Notes: generated from the sequence alone by a model not told the origin. DNA of 32,000 bases from Pseudothioglobus sp. nBUS_23 (GCF_051201565.1 NZ_CP179200.1:1620001-1652000); one strand, 5' to 3'. Positions 16,788 to 26,532 are shown, counted from the first letter of the stretch. Numbers and translations: made by a program.

Positions 16788-17455
16788 TATAGGTAGTCTC
16801 GCAATTGCTTCATTGAATCGATTACGAGGTCAGGATTTTCATCAGCGATATTGTTGCCATGATTGTATCCATATGACATGCAAATAATCTGAAAATTTGC
16901 TGCTCTAGCGGCCTTCACGTCGCTAATTGAGTCGCCCAGCATTAGGCATTCGTTGGGCTTAACATTAAAAAAGTCAGCGCTATGAATCAGTGGCATTGGG
17001 TCTGGCTTCTTTTTTTCTAACGTGTCACCTGAAATAACTACCCCAAAATAGTCAAAAATCCCTAAAGATTTTAGCAATGGATGAGTAAACTGCTCGGCTT
17101 TATTTGTAACGCAACCTAAAAGGTAGTCCTTAGATTTTAAATACTCTAAGCCTTCTATTACGCCTTCGTAAAGAGTGGACCTAACGGATGAATTTTGGGC
17201 GTACAAATCTAAAAAAATTGGATAAGCTTTATCGAACGCCTCTTTACTTGGAGAGCCATCCAATTCACCTGTCAAAGCCCTTTCCACCAACTTAGGGACG
17301 CCATTTCCAACCCAATGCCTAACTGTATCTTCTCCTCTTAATGGCATATTCAGAGCGACCATCATCTGATCAACACAATAAGCCAAATCAGGGACGCTAT
17401 CGACCAAAGTTCCGTCGACATCAATCATTACTAGTTTTGGCTGAAATATTGTCAT
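16787..17455 (-). CDS. gph: HAD-superfamily phosphoglycolate phosphatase
   Basis: 222 aa. HAD motif I (MIDVDGTLVDS), motif II (VTNK) and motif III (K..PDP...GDS..D). The sequence is Gph-like overall; substrate assignment is by family resemblance only. Confidence 0.8.
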   Translation of the reverse strand: MTIFQPKLVMIDVDGTLVDSVPDLAYCVDQMMVALNMPLRGEDTVRHWVGNGVPKLVERALTGELDGSPSKEAFDKAYPIFLDLYAQNSSVRSTLYEGVIEGLEYLKSKDYLLGCVTNKAEQFTHPLLKSLGIFDYFGVVISGDTLEKKKPDPMPLIHSADFFNVKPNECLMLGDSISDVKAARAANFQIICMSYGYNHGNNIADENPDLVIDSMKQLRDYL

Positions 17456-17480
17456 TAATGTTCTATATTTATTGCAACTT

Positions 17481-17489
17481 TGGTAGAAT
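17481..17489 (+). promoter_or_regulatory. Extended -10-like element (TGgTAGAAT) upstream of proC
   Basis: TGnTAGAAT lies 32 nt upstream of the proC ATG in the gph/proC divergent spacer. The -35 is weak. Confidence 0.3.
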
Positions 17490-17521
17490 TGAATTAAGCA
17501 CTGAAAACAAAGATATTTTAT

Positions 17522-18352
17522 ATGGAAAACAAAACAGTCATTGGATTTATTGGCGCTGGCAATATGGCCTATGCTCTTATTAAGGGGCTATTGAGTGATA
17601 GTTTTGAAGCCAAGAATATTAATGTTAGTGACGCCAATACTGAGCTTCTAGAAAAACGCAGCTCTGAACTAGGAGTGACTGTCCAACCTGACAATGTCTC
17701 ATTGTTAACTAATAGTGATATTGTCGTTTTTGCTGTTAAACCTCAAGTGCTCTCTGTGGTTTGCCATGAGCTCAAAAATAAAGCCTCATCAGATCAACTC
17801 TTTGTCTCAATTGTAGCTGGCATCAAAAGTAAAGATATTAATCGATGGCTTGGCGGTGACTTTGCACTCGTTAGAACAATGCCTAACACGCCTGCTCTTT
17901 TTCAGTCTGGAGTCACAGGTCTTTATGCGAACGAACTCGTCAATGACATCCAAAAAGAATCAGTAAACTTGTTGTTATCTGCTGTGGGAGAATGTTTTTG
18001 GGTCAATGAGGAAAACCTCTTGGATGCAATTACAGCGATTTCAGGCAGTGGACCCGCTTATTTTTTCTTAATGATGCAGTCCATGAAGCAGGCCGCTATG
18101 GCCCTGGGTCTAGATGAAGATACAGCTGATGCTTTGAGTATCAAAACCAGTCTGGGTGCAAGCATCATGGCGACTAACTCTGGCAAAGACTCGCGCACAC
18201 TTCGTGCGGAAGTTACATCACCAAATGGAACTACGCAATCAGCAATCGAAACCTTTCAAGATCAGAACTTTGAAGGGATTGTTGCAGCTGCAACAAGAGC
18301 AGCCTACGACCGTGCACGGGAGCTCAGTCAAGAACTAGGCAACATTGACTAG
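17522..18352 (+). CDS. proC: Pyrroline-5-carboxylate reductase
   Basis: 276 aa with the NAD(P)-binding motif IGFIGAGNMAYALIKGL, plus RTMPNTPA, and SGSGPAYFF and SPNGTTQ in the C-terminal part. Confidence 0.93.
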   Translation: MENKTVIGFIGAGNMAYALIKGLLSDSFEAKNINVSDANTELLEKRSSELGVTVQPDNVSLLTNSDIVVFAVKPQVLSVVCHELKNKASSDQLFVSIVAGIKSKDINRWLGGDFALVRTMPNTPALFQSGVTGLYANELVNDIQKESVNLLLSAVGECFWVNEENLLDAITAISGSGPAYFFLMMQSMKQAAMALGLDEDTADALSIKTSLGASIMATNSGKDSRTLRAEVTSPNGTTQSAIETFQDQNFEGIVAAATRAAYDRARELSQELGNID

Positions 18353-18370
18353 GACTTTCTTTATTTCCTT

Positions 18371-19087
18371 TTAGCTCCCCCATAATAACTGCATGTTAGC
18401 AATCGCTGCTAGAGAAGCAGTTTCTGTTCTCAAAACCCTCTTTCCAATATGGACTGACTGATATCCCGCAAACTCAGAATCACTAACTTCTTTTTCGGTC
18501 AAACCACCTTCTGGCCCAATCAATATAGTTGCATTTGAAGTTTCCTGCACTTGACTGAGGCCGATTTCTGCTCGGTGGTGCAAAACAAAGCCATTGTGGC
18601 CCTTTTCTTCTAATAACCCTTCGAGCGAAACTGGATCAGACACGCTGACAATGACTGAACGACCTGACTGTTCACAGGCATGGTTAGCAATTTTTTGCCA
18701 ATGATCAATTTTTTTTTGAACTTTTTCATCTCTTAGTCGAACAACGCAACGCTCTAATTTCATTGGTATTATTCTTGTGACTCCCAATTCCACTGCTTTT
18801 TGGATCAAAAAATCCATTTTTTCACCTTTTGCAATCCCCTGAGCGAGAGTTAAATCTAATGTTGATTCTGAATTGTTTTTTGCTTTAGAAATGATTTTAA
18901 GGCTGGTTGTTTTTTTGGCATCTTGAACTAACGCTTTGTAATCAAAACCGTCACCGTTAAATACTGTAATATTTTTGCCGACTGGAAAACGTAAAACCTT
19001 GTTTAAATGGTGACTATTATCACTATTTAATTCAGCTGTTTTACCCTCAGCAAAAGGTGTATTTTGGTAAAGTCGTATCGTTTTCAT
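18371..19087 (-). CDS. rsmE: 16S rRNA (uracil1498-N3)-methyltransferase
   Basis: 238 aa SPOUT-family protein. It has the C-terminal IGPEGGLTEKEV and LRTETA motifs typical of RsmE. Confidence 0.9.
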   Translation of the reverse strand: MKTIRLYQNTPFAEGKTAELNSDNSHHLNKVLRFPVGKNITVFNGDGFDYKALVQDAKKTTSLKIISKAKNNSESTLDLTLAQGIAKGEKMDFLIQKAVELGVTRIIPMKLERCVVRLRDEKVQKKIDHWQKIANHACEQSGRSVIVSVSDPVSLEGLLEEKGHNGFVLHHRAEIGLSQVQETSNATILIGPEGGLTEKEVSDSEFAGYQSVHIGKRVLRTETASLAAIANMQLLWGS

Positions 19088-19134
19088 GGTATCTTTCTTG
19101 CGTTGTATATCTAAGAATTAATACACCAAATAAA

Positions 19135-20385
19135 ATGATACATCAAAAAAGAAGAGAGGAGTTGTTAAGCATGTTGGGTCATGATGCAGTGGTCATTGTA
19201 TCAACCAATAGCGAACAAAAAAGAAACAGTGATGTGACTTATCCATTTCGTCCAGATAGTAATTTTTGGTATCTAACTGGATTTATAGAGCCTGATGCAA
19301 TAGCTGTATTTAGCAAAGATAGCTATGTCATGTTCTTAAGACCTAAGGACGAGACCAAAGAGATTTGGAATGGAATCAGACTAGGAGCTGAACTTGCACC
19401 AGAAATTTTGTTAGTGAATCAGGCATATGACATCGATACTTTTTTTGATCATATTGACTCTTTCACTAAAAAAGACTCTGCCATTTATTATGATGCACCG
19501 GGAGGTAGTGGCTGGAAAGACCATTCCAGCACAAATATTCATAATAAACGCATTCATTCTCTTTTTGAAAGTAGGCTAAAACCCTTAAACCCTTTTGTTT
19601 CAGAAATGCGACTTATAAAAGACAAGGAAGAAATAAAAAATATGCAGGATGCTGCAGACCTAGCATCTGAAGCCCACATAAATGCAATGAAAGAGTCTAT
19701 ACCTGGACTTTTTGAGCATAATATTGCCTCTGTGTTTGACTCACATTTTAGGAATGGCAACTCTGAACACTCCTACCCTCCAATCGTTGCAAGTGGAGAA
19801 AATGCATGCATTTTGCATTATACTGAAAACAATAAAGAGTTGAAAAATGGGGATCTACTTTTGATTGATGCAGGTTGCGAGATTAATGGCTATGCCTCAG
19901 ATATTACGAGAACTTTTCCGATTAATGGAAAGTTTAATGATGCTCAAAGAGAGATATATGATCTTGTTTTAAGTGCGCAAAAATCTGCTATTCAATCTAT
20001 TAGGCCTGGAGTCAGCTCCAATAAGCCGCATGAGACTGCCTGTCAAATAATAACGGATGGCCTTATCAAGCTAGGAATTATGAAATCGCCTGAGGATTTA
20101 ACTAAATTTTATATGCACAACACTGGGCACTGGCTCGGACTAGATGTACATGACGTAGGCAGTAAATTAGTTAATGGAGAGTTCCGTGAGTTTAAAAGTG
20201 GTATGGTAACAACTGTTGAGCCTGGAATTTATATCCGAAGGGATGATAAAATTGACCCTAAATACTGGGGCATAGGAGTCAGAATAGAAGACGATGTTCT
20301 AGTGACTGATAAAGGAAACCATGTTCTCTCCCAAAAAGCAGCTAAAGAGATTAATGAAATTGAACAATTAATGAGTCGGCAATAG
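19135..20385 (+). CDS. pepP: Xaa-Pro aminopeptidase (M24B)
   Basis: Pita-bread metal ligands (LIDAGCE..GYASDITRT, HWLGLDVHD, VEPGIY, IRIEDDVLVT). I chose the ATG at 19135 (MIHQKRREELL...). The track ORF's 26-codon extension overlaps the start of rsmE. Confidence 0.9.
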   Translation: MIHQKRREELLSMLGHDAVVIVSTNSEQKRNSDVTYPFRPDSNFWYLTGFIEPDAIAVFSKDSYVMFLRPKDETKEIWNGIRLGAELAPEILLVNQAYDIDTFFDHIDSFTKKDSAIYYDAPGGSGWKDHSSTNIHNKRIHSLFESRLKPLNPFVSEMRLIKDKEEIKNMQDAADLASEAHINAMKESIPGLFEHNIASVFDSHFRNGNSEHSYPPIVASGENACILHYTENNKELKNGDLLLIDAGCEINGYASDITRTFPINGKFNDAQREIYDLVLSAQKSAIQSIRPGVSSNKPHETACQIITDGLIKLGIMKSPEDLTKFYMHNTGHWLGLDVHDVGSKLVNGEFREFKSGMVTTVEPGIYIRRDDKIDPKYWGIGVRIEDDVLVTDKGNHVLSQKAAKEINEIEQLMSRQ

Positions 20386-20387
20386 TT

Positions 20388-21410
20388 ATGAATATAAATG
20401 AGGCAATCAAAGCGGTTATTTCAAGACAAAACTTGAATGAAAGTGAGATGCATGACGTCATGAATAGCATCATGACAGGACAAACTACTGATGCTCAGAT
20501 CGGCGCATTTCTTGTTGGCCTTTCAATGAAGGGTGAGACAATTGAGGAAATTACTGCAAGCGCAAAAGTAATGCGAGATCTTGCCACATCAGTCAAATTA
20601 AGCAGTGATGAGTACTTGGTTGACACCTGTGGCACAGGAGGAGATGGGCTCGGTCTTTTTAATATCTCAACAGCTTCAGCTTTTGTAGTCGCAGCGGCTG
20701 GTGGAAAAGTTGCAAAACATGGAAATCGTTCAATATCCTCAAAATCTGGAAGTGCAGATGTACTGGAAGCTGCTGGTATCAATCTCAATTTAAATCCAGA
20801 ATTGATTAGTCAGTGTATTGAGGAGATTGGGGTGGGTTTTATGTTTGCACCAGCTCATCATAGCGCTATGAAACATGCAATTGGGCCTCGTAAAGAGCTC
20901 GCAATAAGAACAATTTTTAACGTATTGGGTCCTTTGACAAATCCAGCCAAAGCACCAAACCAAATTATGGGCGTTTTTGATAAAAATTTAGTTGAGCCGA
21001 TTGCTAATGTTTTAAAGGGTCTCAATTCGCGACATGTTATGGTGGTCCACTCCGAAGATGGTCTTGATGAGTTCTCCATTGCCAACAAAACTTATGTGGC
21101 GGAACTAAAAGATAATAAAATTTCAACTTATGATGTCCATCCTCATGATTTTGGGCTAGAAGAAGGAAGCCTAGATTCAATTAAAGCTGACAATGCTGAG
21201 CAATCTCTTGCTTTGATTCATGAAGCATTTTCTGGAAAGAAAGGTTTAGCTAGAGATATTATTGCATTAAATGCTGGAGCTGCAATTTACGTGAGTGGCC
21301 TAGTAAACTCATTAGATGAGGGCATCATAAATGCTAATCAAATATTATCAGACGGTTCTGCGCAAGATAAGCTTGATGCATACATTCATGCAAGTAATAA
21401 GCAACAATGA
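20388..21410 (+). CDS. trpD: Anthranilate phosphoribosyltransferase
   Basis: 340 aa with [27 protein letters not shown] and the overall TrpD layout. Confidence 0.95.
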   Translation: MNINEAIKAVISRQNLNESEMHDVMNSIMTGQTTDAQIGAFLVGLSMKGETIEEITASAKVMRDLATSVKLSSDEYLVDTCGTGGDGLGLFNISTASAFVVAAAGGKVAKHGNRSISSKSGSADVLEAAGINLNLNPELISQCIEEIGVGFMFAPAHHSAMKHAIGPRKELAIRTIFNVLGPLTNPAKAPNQIMGVFDKNLVEPIANVLKGLNSRHVMVVHSEDGLDEFSIANKTYVAELKDNKISTYDVHPHDFGLEEGSLDSIKADNAEQSLALIHEAFSGKKGLARDIIALNAGAAIYVSGLVNSLDEGIINANQILSDGSAQDKLDAYIHASNKQQ

Positions 21411-21949
21411 ATAAAAAAACAAATCTAATCTGGATAGATCTTGAAATGACAGGGCTAATTCCCGAGAGTGACGTCATCATTGAAATTGCAACTGTTGTGA
21501 CGGATGCCAATCTGAATGTTATTGGTGAGGGTCCATCTTTGGCTATTAAACAAAAAACTGAATTACTAGATGGTATGGATGATTGGAATACAAATCAACA
21601 TAATCGCTCTGGATTAGTGCAAAGAGTTAAAGAAAGTTCAATTTCGGTCGCTCAAGCAGAATCTCAAACACTTAATTTTCTCTCTCAATACGTTGATTCG
21701 GGAGCTTCTCCTATGTGCGGCAATTCAATTTGTCAAGACAGAAGATTTTTGTATAACTATATGCCTACCCTTGAAAAGTTTTTTCATTACCGGCATATCG
21801 ATGTCTCAACACTAAAAGAACTGGCTGATCGCTGGAAACCAGAAATCATCAATAGCTCATTCAAAAAATCTAGACACTTAGCTTTGTCAGATATCTATGA
21901 CTCCATTGATGAATTGAAGCACTACAGAGAGCACTTTATAAAAGCATAA
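21407..21949 (+). CDS. orn: Oligoribonuclease
   Basis: 180 aa DEDDh exonuclease with [22 protein letters not shown] and HYRHIDVST. Its start overlaps the trpD stop (ATGA). Confidence 0.95.
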   Translation: MNKKTNLIWIDLEMTGLIPESDVIIEIATVVTDANLNVIGEGPSLAIKQKTELLDGMDDWNTNQHNRSGLVQRVKESSISVAQAESQTLNFLSQYVDSGASPMCGNSICQDRRFLYNYMPTLEKFFHYRHIDVSTLKELADRWKPEIINSSFKKSRHLALSDIYDSIDELKHYREHFIKA

Positions 21950-21950
21950 A

Positions 21951-22802
21951 TTGACTTACCTTTCGCCAGCAAAAATTAATTTATTCTTACATATCACCTC
22001 AAAACGAGATGATGGGTATCACAACTTACAGACCATTTTTCAGCTATTAGATTTTTATGATGAGATAGATTTTAGTTTAAGAAATGATGGAAAAATAAAC
22101 CGCACCTCAGGCAACGAAGATATTCTTATCAGTGATGACTTAATGATTAAGAGCGCTAAAAAGTTAAAACAATATAGTGCAACAAATTTTGGAGTGGATA
22201 TAAAAATTATAAAAAGGATTCCTAAGGGTGGGGGACTTGGTGGAGGGAGTTCAAATGCTGCAACCACTCTTGTTACTCTCAATAAACTTTGGAATCTAAA
22301 ATTAACAAATACAGAGCTGATCTCAATAGGAAAAGATATTGGGGCAGATGTTCCTATTTTTATTGAAGGAAGAAGCTCATGGGCAGAAGGAATTGGTGAA
22401 ATTCTTACTCCATTAAATTTGCCAGAATACTACTATCTGGTTGTTTCAATCAATAAACAAATCTCTACACGAGAAATATTCAGCCATAAAGCATTGACAA
22501 TGTCACCGCTACAAAGGAAAATAACCGATTTTTCATTAGTTTCAAATCCACATAACGACTGTTTGGATGCTGCAATTGACTTGGAAAGTGAGATAAAAGA
22601 TGCTTTGATGTATCTGAATTCAACTAGAAAGCATGTTGATGAAGCAAGAATGACAGGAAGCGGCTCGTGTGTTTTCGTAGCATTTGAAAATGAAAGTGAT
22701 GCATTGATAGCAAACAAAGAATTGCCATCAAAGTGGGTTGGTTTTGTCGCGAAAGCGATTGATAAATCACCTCTATACAATTGGGATGTCGCCAAGCGGT
22801 AA
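21951..22802 (+). CDS. ispE: 4-diphosphocytidyl-2-C-methyl-D-erythritol kinase
   Basis: 283 aa GHMP kinase with PAKINLFLHI and the ATP motif PKGGGLGGGSSNAA. It has a TTG start. The last 7 codons, including the stop, lie inside tRNA-Gln. Confidence 0.92.
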   Translation: MTYLSPAKINLFLHITSKRDDGYHNLQTIFQLLDFYDEIDFSLRNDGKINRTSGNEDILISDDLMIKSAKKLKQYSATNFGVDIKIIKRIPKGGGLGGGSSNAATTLVTLNKLWNLKLTNTELISIGKDIGADVPIFIEGRSSWAEGIGEILTPLNLPEYYYLVVSINKQISTREIFSHKALTMSPLQRKITDFSLVSNPHNDCLDAAIDLESEIKDALMYLNSTRKHVDEARMTGSGSCVFVAFENESDALIANKELPSKWVGFVAKAIDKSPLYNWDVAKR

Positions 22803-22856
22803 GGCAACGGGTTTTGATCCCGTCATTCGCAGGTTCGAATCCTGCCATCCCAGCCA
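22782..22856 (+). tRNA. tRNA-Gln (anticodon UUG), CCA encoded
   Basis: Manual cloverleaf: acceptor TGGGATG/CATCCCA, D arm GCC-AAGCGGTAA-GGC, anticodon stem ACGGG/CCCGT with loop TTTTGAT (anticodon TTG), T arm GCAGG-TTCGAAT-CCTGC, discriminator G, then CCA. It closely resembles E. coli tRNA-Gln as I recall it. Confidence 0.95.
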
Positions 22857-22896
22857 AATTTTGCTATCAGTTAATAGCTCATCTTCATCAACTAAA

Positions 22897-22930
22897 CACT
22901 TCAAATTCATTTGAAGTGAGTACAATTGTA
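22897..22930 (+). repeat. Two adjacent dyad symmetries between tRNA-Gln and the glutathione peroxidase gene
   Basis: CACTTCAAA-TTCA-TTTGAAGTG forms a 9-bp stem with a 4-nt loop (22897-22918). It is followed by the 10-nt perfect palindrome TACAATTGTA (22921-22930) and then TTTTTT. Confidence 0.5.
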
Positions 22931-22957
22931 TTTTTTACTAAAAAAGCACATCTAGAA

Positions 22958-23431
22958 ATGAGCATATATCAGTTTAATTTTAAAAATATTGATGGAAAAG
23001 ATGTTTCATTTAAAAACTTTGAGGGCAAAGTTGTTTTAATTGTAAATACTGCAAGCAACTGTGGTTTAACTTATCATTACAAAGGCTTGGAAGGACTATA
23101 TCAAGAATATAAGGATGCCGGTCTTGAAATTATTGGATTCCCTTGCAATCAATTTGGAAAGCAAGAGCCAGGAACAGCAGATGAAATAAAAAACTTTTGT
23201 GAATCTAACTATGGTGTTAGCTTTGAGTTGTCTGAAAAAATTGAAGTCAACGGCTCAAACGCTCACCCAGCCTTCAAATACCTTAAATCTGAGCTTAAAG
23301 GTAAACTAAATGATAGCATCAAATGGAATTTTACAAAGTTTCTAATTGATCGGAACGGGGTCCCTTTTAAACGCTTTAGCGCAACAGTTGAGCCTGAGGA
23401 AATAAAGCCATTTATCGACGAACTTATTTAA
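22958..23431 (+). CDS. Glutathione peroxidase-family thiol peroxidase (Cys type, BtuE/Gpx-like)
   Basis: 157 aa beginning MSIYQF. Active-site motif LIVNTASNCGLT with a TGT Cys codon at 23060-23062, plus FPCNQFGKQEP and IKWNFTKFLIDRNG. The longer track ORF (from 22781) reads through the tRNA and is rejected. Confidence 0.92.
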   Translation: MSIYQFNFKNIDGKDVSFKNFEGKVVLIVNTASNCGLTYHYKGLEGLYQEYKDAGLEIIGFPCNQFGKQEPGTADEIKNFCESNYGVSFELSEKIEVNGSNAHPAFKYLKSELKGKLNDSIKWNFTKFLIDRNGVPFKRFSATVEPEEIKPFIDELI

Positions 23432-23525
23432 ATAAAATAAAAAAAATACTTACTAGCTAAACTACTTGATTCAATCGTATGATTTCTTTGTATAATTATG
23501 CAATCAACCATAAGAATCTAAGTAG

Positions 23526-24488
23526 ATGTCTTTAGATAGAATAAAAATCTTTAGCGGTAACGCAAATCCTGATCTCTCTTCTGAAATTATTGAAAACCTG
23601 AATATAAGCCAAAGCAAGGCTTTTGTTGGCCAATTTAGTGATGGAGAATCTCATGTAGAAATTCTTGACAATGTCCGTGGTTGTGACGTTTTTGTTATTC
23701 AACCTACATGTGGACCTTCGTCAGCAGAAACCTTAATGGAGCTACTTATTATGGTTGATGCACTCAAAAGATCATCCGCAGGAAGAATAACAGCTGTTGT
23801 TCCTTATCTTGGTTATTCGAGACAGGATAGGCGATCTCGTCTAACTAGAGTTCCAATTACAGCAAAGCTTGTGGCTCAAATGATTGAAACATCTGGGGTG
23901 AACAGAATTCTTACAATGGATCTTCACGCTGATCAAATCCAAGGTTTCTTCAATATACCAATTGATAACATTTATGCTCAACCCGTTCTCGTTCAGGACA
24001 TACTAGACCATGAATATGATGATGTTGTAGTGGTATCACCGGATGTTGGGGGAGTTGCAAGAGCCAGAGCTGCCGCAAAAAGAATTAATGACGCTGATCT
24101 TGCAATCATAGATAAAAGGCGCCCAGAACCTAATCTAGTAAAGGTTATGAATGTAATTGGTGATGTATCTGGAAGAACATGCATTATGATTGATGATATG
24201 GTTGATACTGCTGGCACACTATGTCAAGCAGCTGAGATTTTAAAAGAAAAAGGGGCTAAAAAAGTTGTTGCTTATGCTACTCATGCAGTCCTTTCTGGAG
24301 GTGCTATAGATAATATTTCCAACTCAAAGCTTGATGAGTTAGTGATTACAAATACCATCCCTTTGAATGGAAATGCAAATAAATGCGATAAAATTAGACA
24401 ATTATCAATTGCCAAAACCCTTGCTGATGTAATTCGAAGAATCAGCGACGAACAATCCATAAGTAAAATTTTTGCTGAATCTAACTAA
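23526..24488 (+). CDS. prs: Ribose-phosphate pyrophosphokinase
   Basis: 320 aa with [31 protein letters not shown] and the PRPP-binding loop [12 protein letters not shown]. Confidence 0.97.
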   Translation: MSLDRIKIFSGNANPDLSSEIIENLNISQSKAFVGQFSDGESHVEILDNVRGCDVFVIQPTCGPSSAETLMELLIMVDALKRSSAGRITAVVPYLGYSRQDRRSRLTRVPITAKLVAQMIETSGVNRILTMDLHADQIQGFFNIPIDNIYAQPVLVQDILDHEYDDVVVVSPDVGGVARARAAAKRINDADLAIIDKRRPEPNLVKVMNVIGDVSGRTCIMIDDMVDTAGTLCQAAEILKEKGAKKVVAYATHAVLSGGAIDNISNSKLDELVITNTIPLNGNANKCDKIRQLSIAKTLADVIRRISDEQSISKIFAESN

Positions 24489-24576
24489 ATCAAAGCTATT
24501 CCAACAGTCAATTATTGACTAAAAAATAATTGATGAATTAGGTATAATTCCACCTCTGTTTTTAAAAAACAATACT

Positions 24577-26445
24577 ATGAAGACAACTACTGAAGCTCAT
24601 AAAACCGCCCTAAATAGTCTTATCGTCATTGGAAAAGAACAAGGCTACCTTACCTATTCAGAAATTAATGACCTTCTGCCTGAGGATCTCTTGACTCCAG
24701 AGCAGGTAGAGCCAATTGTGACTATTCTTGAGGAGTTAGACATTGTGGTAGCTGATGAGGCGCCAGATGCTGACACTTTGGTTATGCACCAAGGTGGCAA
24801 AGCTGAAGCAAATTCAGCAGAAGTTGCTGTAGCTGCTCTCGCCGCACTAGATTCAGAGTTTGGAAGAACAACAGATCCGGTAAGAATGTACATGCGTGAA
24901 ATGGGGGTTGTTGAACTATTAGAGCAAAGTGATGAAGTCAGAATCGCAAAAGAAATTGAAGCTGGTGTCTATCAAATAATGCAGGCAATATCACTTTATC
25001 CAGAAATTGCAGATCACTTCTTTAAGGCCTATACAAGGCTTGAAGAGGGCAAATGTAAAATGACTGATGTGGTTATTGGTTACCAAGGTGATGCTGAAGA
25101 ATTTGAAGAAAAACAAGCATTGATTGTTGAAAAACAAGCGCTTCTTGATGAAAAACATGCAAAACTAGAGGCAATGAATCTAGATGCTGATGAGGATGAG
25201 CTGGACGAAGACGAAGATGAATTTGATGAGTTAGAATACACTGGACCGGATGAAGGTGAAGTTTATGAGCGCTTTGATAAAATACAAAAATCGCATAAAA
25301 GTTACGTCAATTCTTGCAAAAAGAATGGCTATCTTGATGCCAAGACAGTCAAGGCAAGACAAAAATTCTCAGGCTGTATTTCAGAGTTAAGACTCGCACC
25401 AAAGCTTGTTAGCACAATGATGGATGTTGTTTCTAGTCGTGTTTCTGTAGTTAAAAAAGAAGAAAACTTGATTCGTAATGCTTGTCTTGATGCAGGCATG
25501 AGCTCAGAGCTTTTTTACAAACTATTCCCTGGAAATGAAACTAACTTTGATTGGCTCAAAAGCAAAGAGATTGATAAAACAACTTTAAAATCTCTAGAAA
25601 AGTGCAAAGATGAGATTTACTATTCTCAAAAAAGCCTGTTAGAAAATCAAGAGGCGATGCAAATTACGGTTGGAGAACTTAAAGAAATCAATAAAAAACT
25701 TAGACAGGGTGATAGAAAAGCTAAAAATGCAAAGAGTCAAATGATTGAAGCCAACTTAAGACTTGTAATATCTATTGCTAAAAAGTATGCGAATCGTGGC
25801 TTGCAGTTCTTAGACCTTATCCAAGAAGGTAATGTTGGACTCATGAAAGCAGTTGACAAATTCGAGTATCGCCGTGGATACAAGTTTTCCACATATGCAA
25901 CTTGGTGGATTCGACAAGCTATCACAAGATCAATTGCTGATCAGGCTCGCACTATAAGAATACCTGTACATATGATTGAAACCATCAATAAGCTTAATAG
26001 AGTGAGGCGTCAATTATTGCAAAGATTTGGAAGAGAAGCTACACCTGAAGAACTTTCTGTTGAAATGGAATTGCCAGAATATAAAATTAATAAGATTCTA
26101 AAGATTGCAAAAGAGCCACTTTCTATGGAGAATCCTGTCGGTGATGATGAAGATTCTACAATAGGTGATTTTATTGAGGATGAAAAATTGTCCTCACCTG
26201 TAGAAGTTACTACCAGGGAAAGTTTAAAAGAAACAACTGGTGATCTTTTAGCAAATTTATCTCCTAGAGAAGCAAAAGTTCTTAAGATGAGATTTGGAAT
26301 CGATATGAGCACTGATCATACACTCGAAGAAGTCGGAAGACAATTTGATGTTACACGCGAAAGAATAAGACAAATTGAAGCAAAAGCGCTTAGAAAATTG
26401 CGTCACCCTTCTCGCGCACACAAGCTTCAAAGCTTTTTAGAATAG
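24577..26445 (+). CDS. rpoD: RNA polymerase primary sigma factor sigma-70
   Basis: 622 aa. It has region 1.1, an acidic non-conserved region, region 2 ([60 protein letters not shown]), and regions 3 and 4 ([30 protein letters not shown]). Confidence 0.97.
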   Translation: MKTTTEAHKTALNSLIVIGKEQGYLTYSEINDLLPEDLLTPEQVEPIVTILEELDIVVADEAPDADTLVMHQGGKAEANSAEVAVAALAALDSEFGRTTDPVRMYMREMGVVELLEQSDEVRIAKEIEAGVYQIMQAISLYPEIADHFFKAYTRLEEGKCKMTDVVIGYQGDAEEFEEKQALIVEKQALLDEKHAKLEAMNLDADEDELDEDEDEFDELEYTGPDEGEVYERFDKIQKSHKSYVNSCKKNGYLDAKTVKARQKFSGCISELRLAPKLVSTMMDVVSSRVSVVKKEENLIRNACLDAGMSSELFYKLFPGNETNFDWLKSKEIDKTTLKSLEKCKDEIYYSQKSLLENQEAMQITVGELKEINKKLRQGDRKAKNAKSQMIEANLRLVISIAKKYANRGLQFLDLIQEGNVGLMKAVDKFEYRRGYKFSTYATWWIRQAITRSIADQARTIRIPVHMIETINKLNRVRRQLLQRFGREATPEELSVEMELPEYKINKILKIAKEPLSMENPVGDDEDSTIGDFIEDEKLSSPVEVTTRESLKETTGDLLANLSPREAKVLKMRFGIDMSTDHTLEEVGRQFDVTRERIRQIEAKALRKLRHPSRAHKLQSFLE

Positions 26446-26455
26446 CTCTTTACCC

Positions 26456-26532
26456 GGGCCTATAGCTCAGTTGGTTAGAGCAGTCGACTCATAATCGATT
26501 GGTCCTTGGTTCAAGTCCAAGTAGGCCCACCA
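26456..26532 (+). tRNA. ileX: tRNA with anticodon CAU, most likely tRNA-Ile2 (lysidine-modified, ileX-like) rather than elongator tRNA-Met; CCA encoded
   Basis: Manual cloverleaf: GGGCCTA/TAGGCCC acceptor, GCTC-AGTTGGTTA-GAGC D arm, GTCGA-CTCATAA-TCGAT anticodon arm, TGGTC variable loop, CTTGG-TTCAAGT-CCAAG T arm. The anticodon arm, variable loop and T loop resemble E. coli ileX as I recall it. As I recall, ileX also lies downstream of the rpoD operon in E. coli. The Ile2 versus Met choice is an inference. Confidence 0.8.

Noticed and set aside
19057-19134. 26-codon upstream extension of pepP
   Set aside because: It would overlap the divergent rsmE start by 31 nt and encodes a non-conserved hydrophobic peptide. 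The canonical PepP N-terminus begins at the ATG at 19135.
22781-22957. 59-codon N-terminal extension of the glutathione peroxidase ORF (track ORF 22781..23431)
   Set aside because: The extension is simply the translation of tRNA-Gln and the AT-rich spacer. The Gpx homology begins at the internal Met (MSIYQF..., 22958).
23060-23062. Possible selenocysteine in the glutathione peroxidase active site
   Set aside because: The active-site codon is TGT (Cys), not TGA, and no SECIS-like hairpin is needed.
24507-24519. Palindrome GTCAAT-T-ATTGAC between prs and rpoD as a terminator or operator
   Set aside because: It has only 6-bp AT-rich arms with a 1-nt centre, so it cannot form a stable hairpin. 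On the transcribed strand it is followed by an A-run rather than a T-run. It may be chance in AT-rich DNA.
25180-25260. Acidic low-complexity tract ([18 protein letters not shown]) in rpoD as a possible insertion or repeat expansion
   Set aside because: Acidic non-conserved regions are a normal feature of proteobacterial sigma-70.
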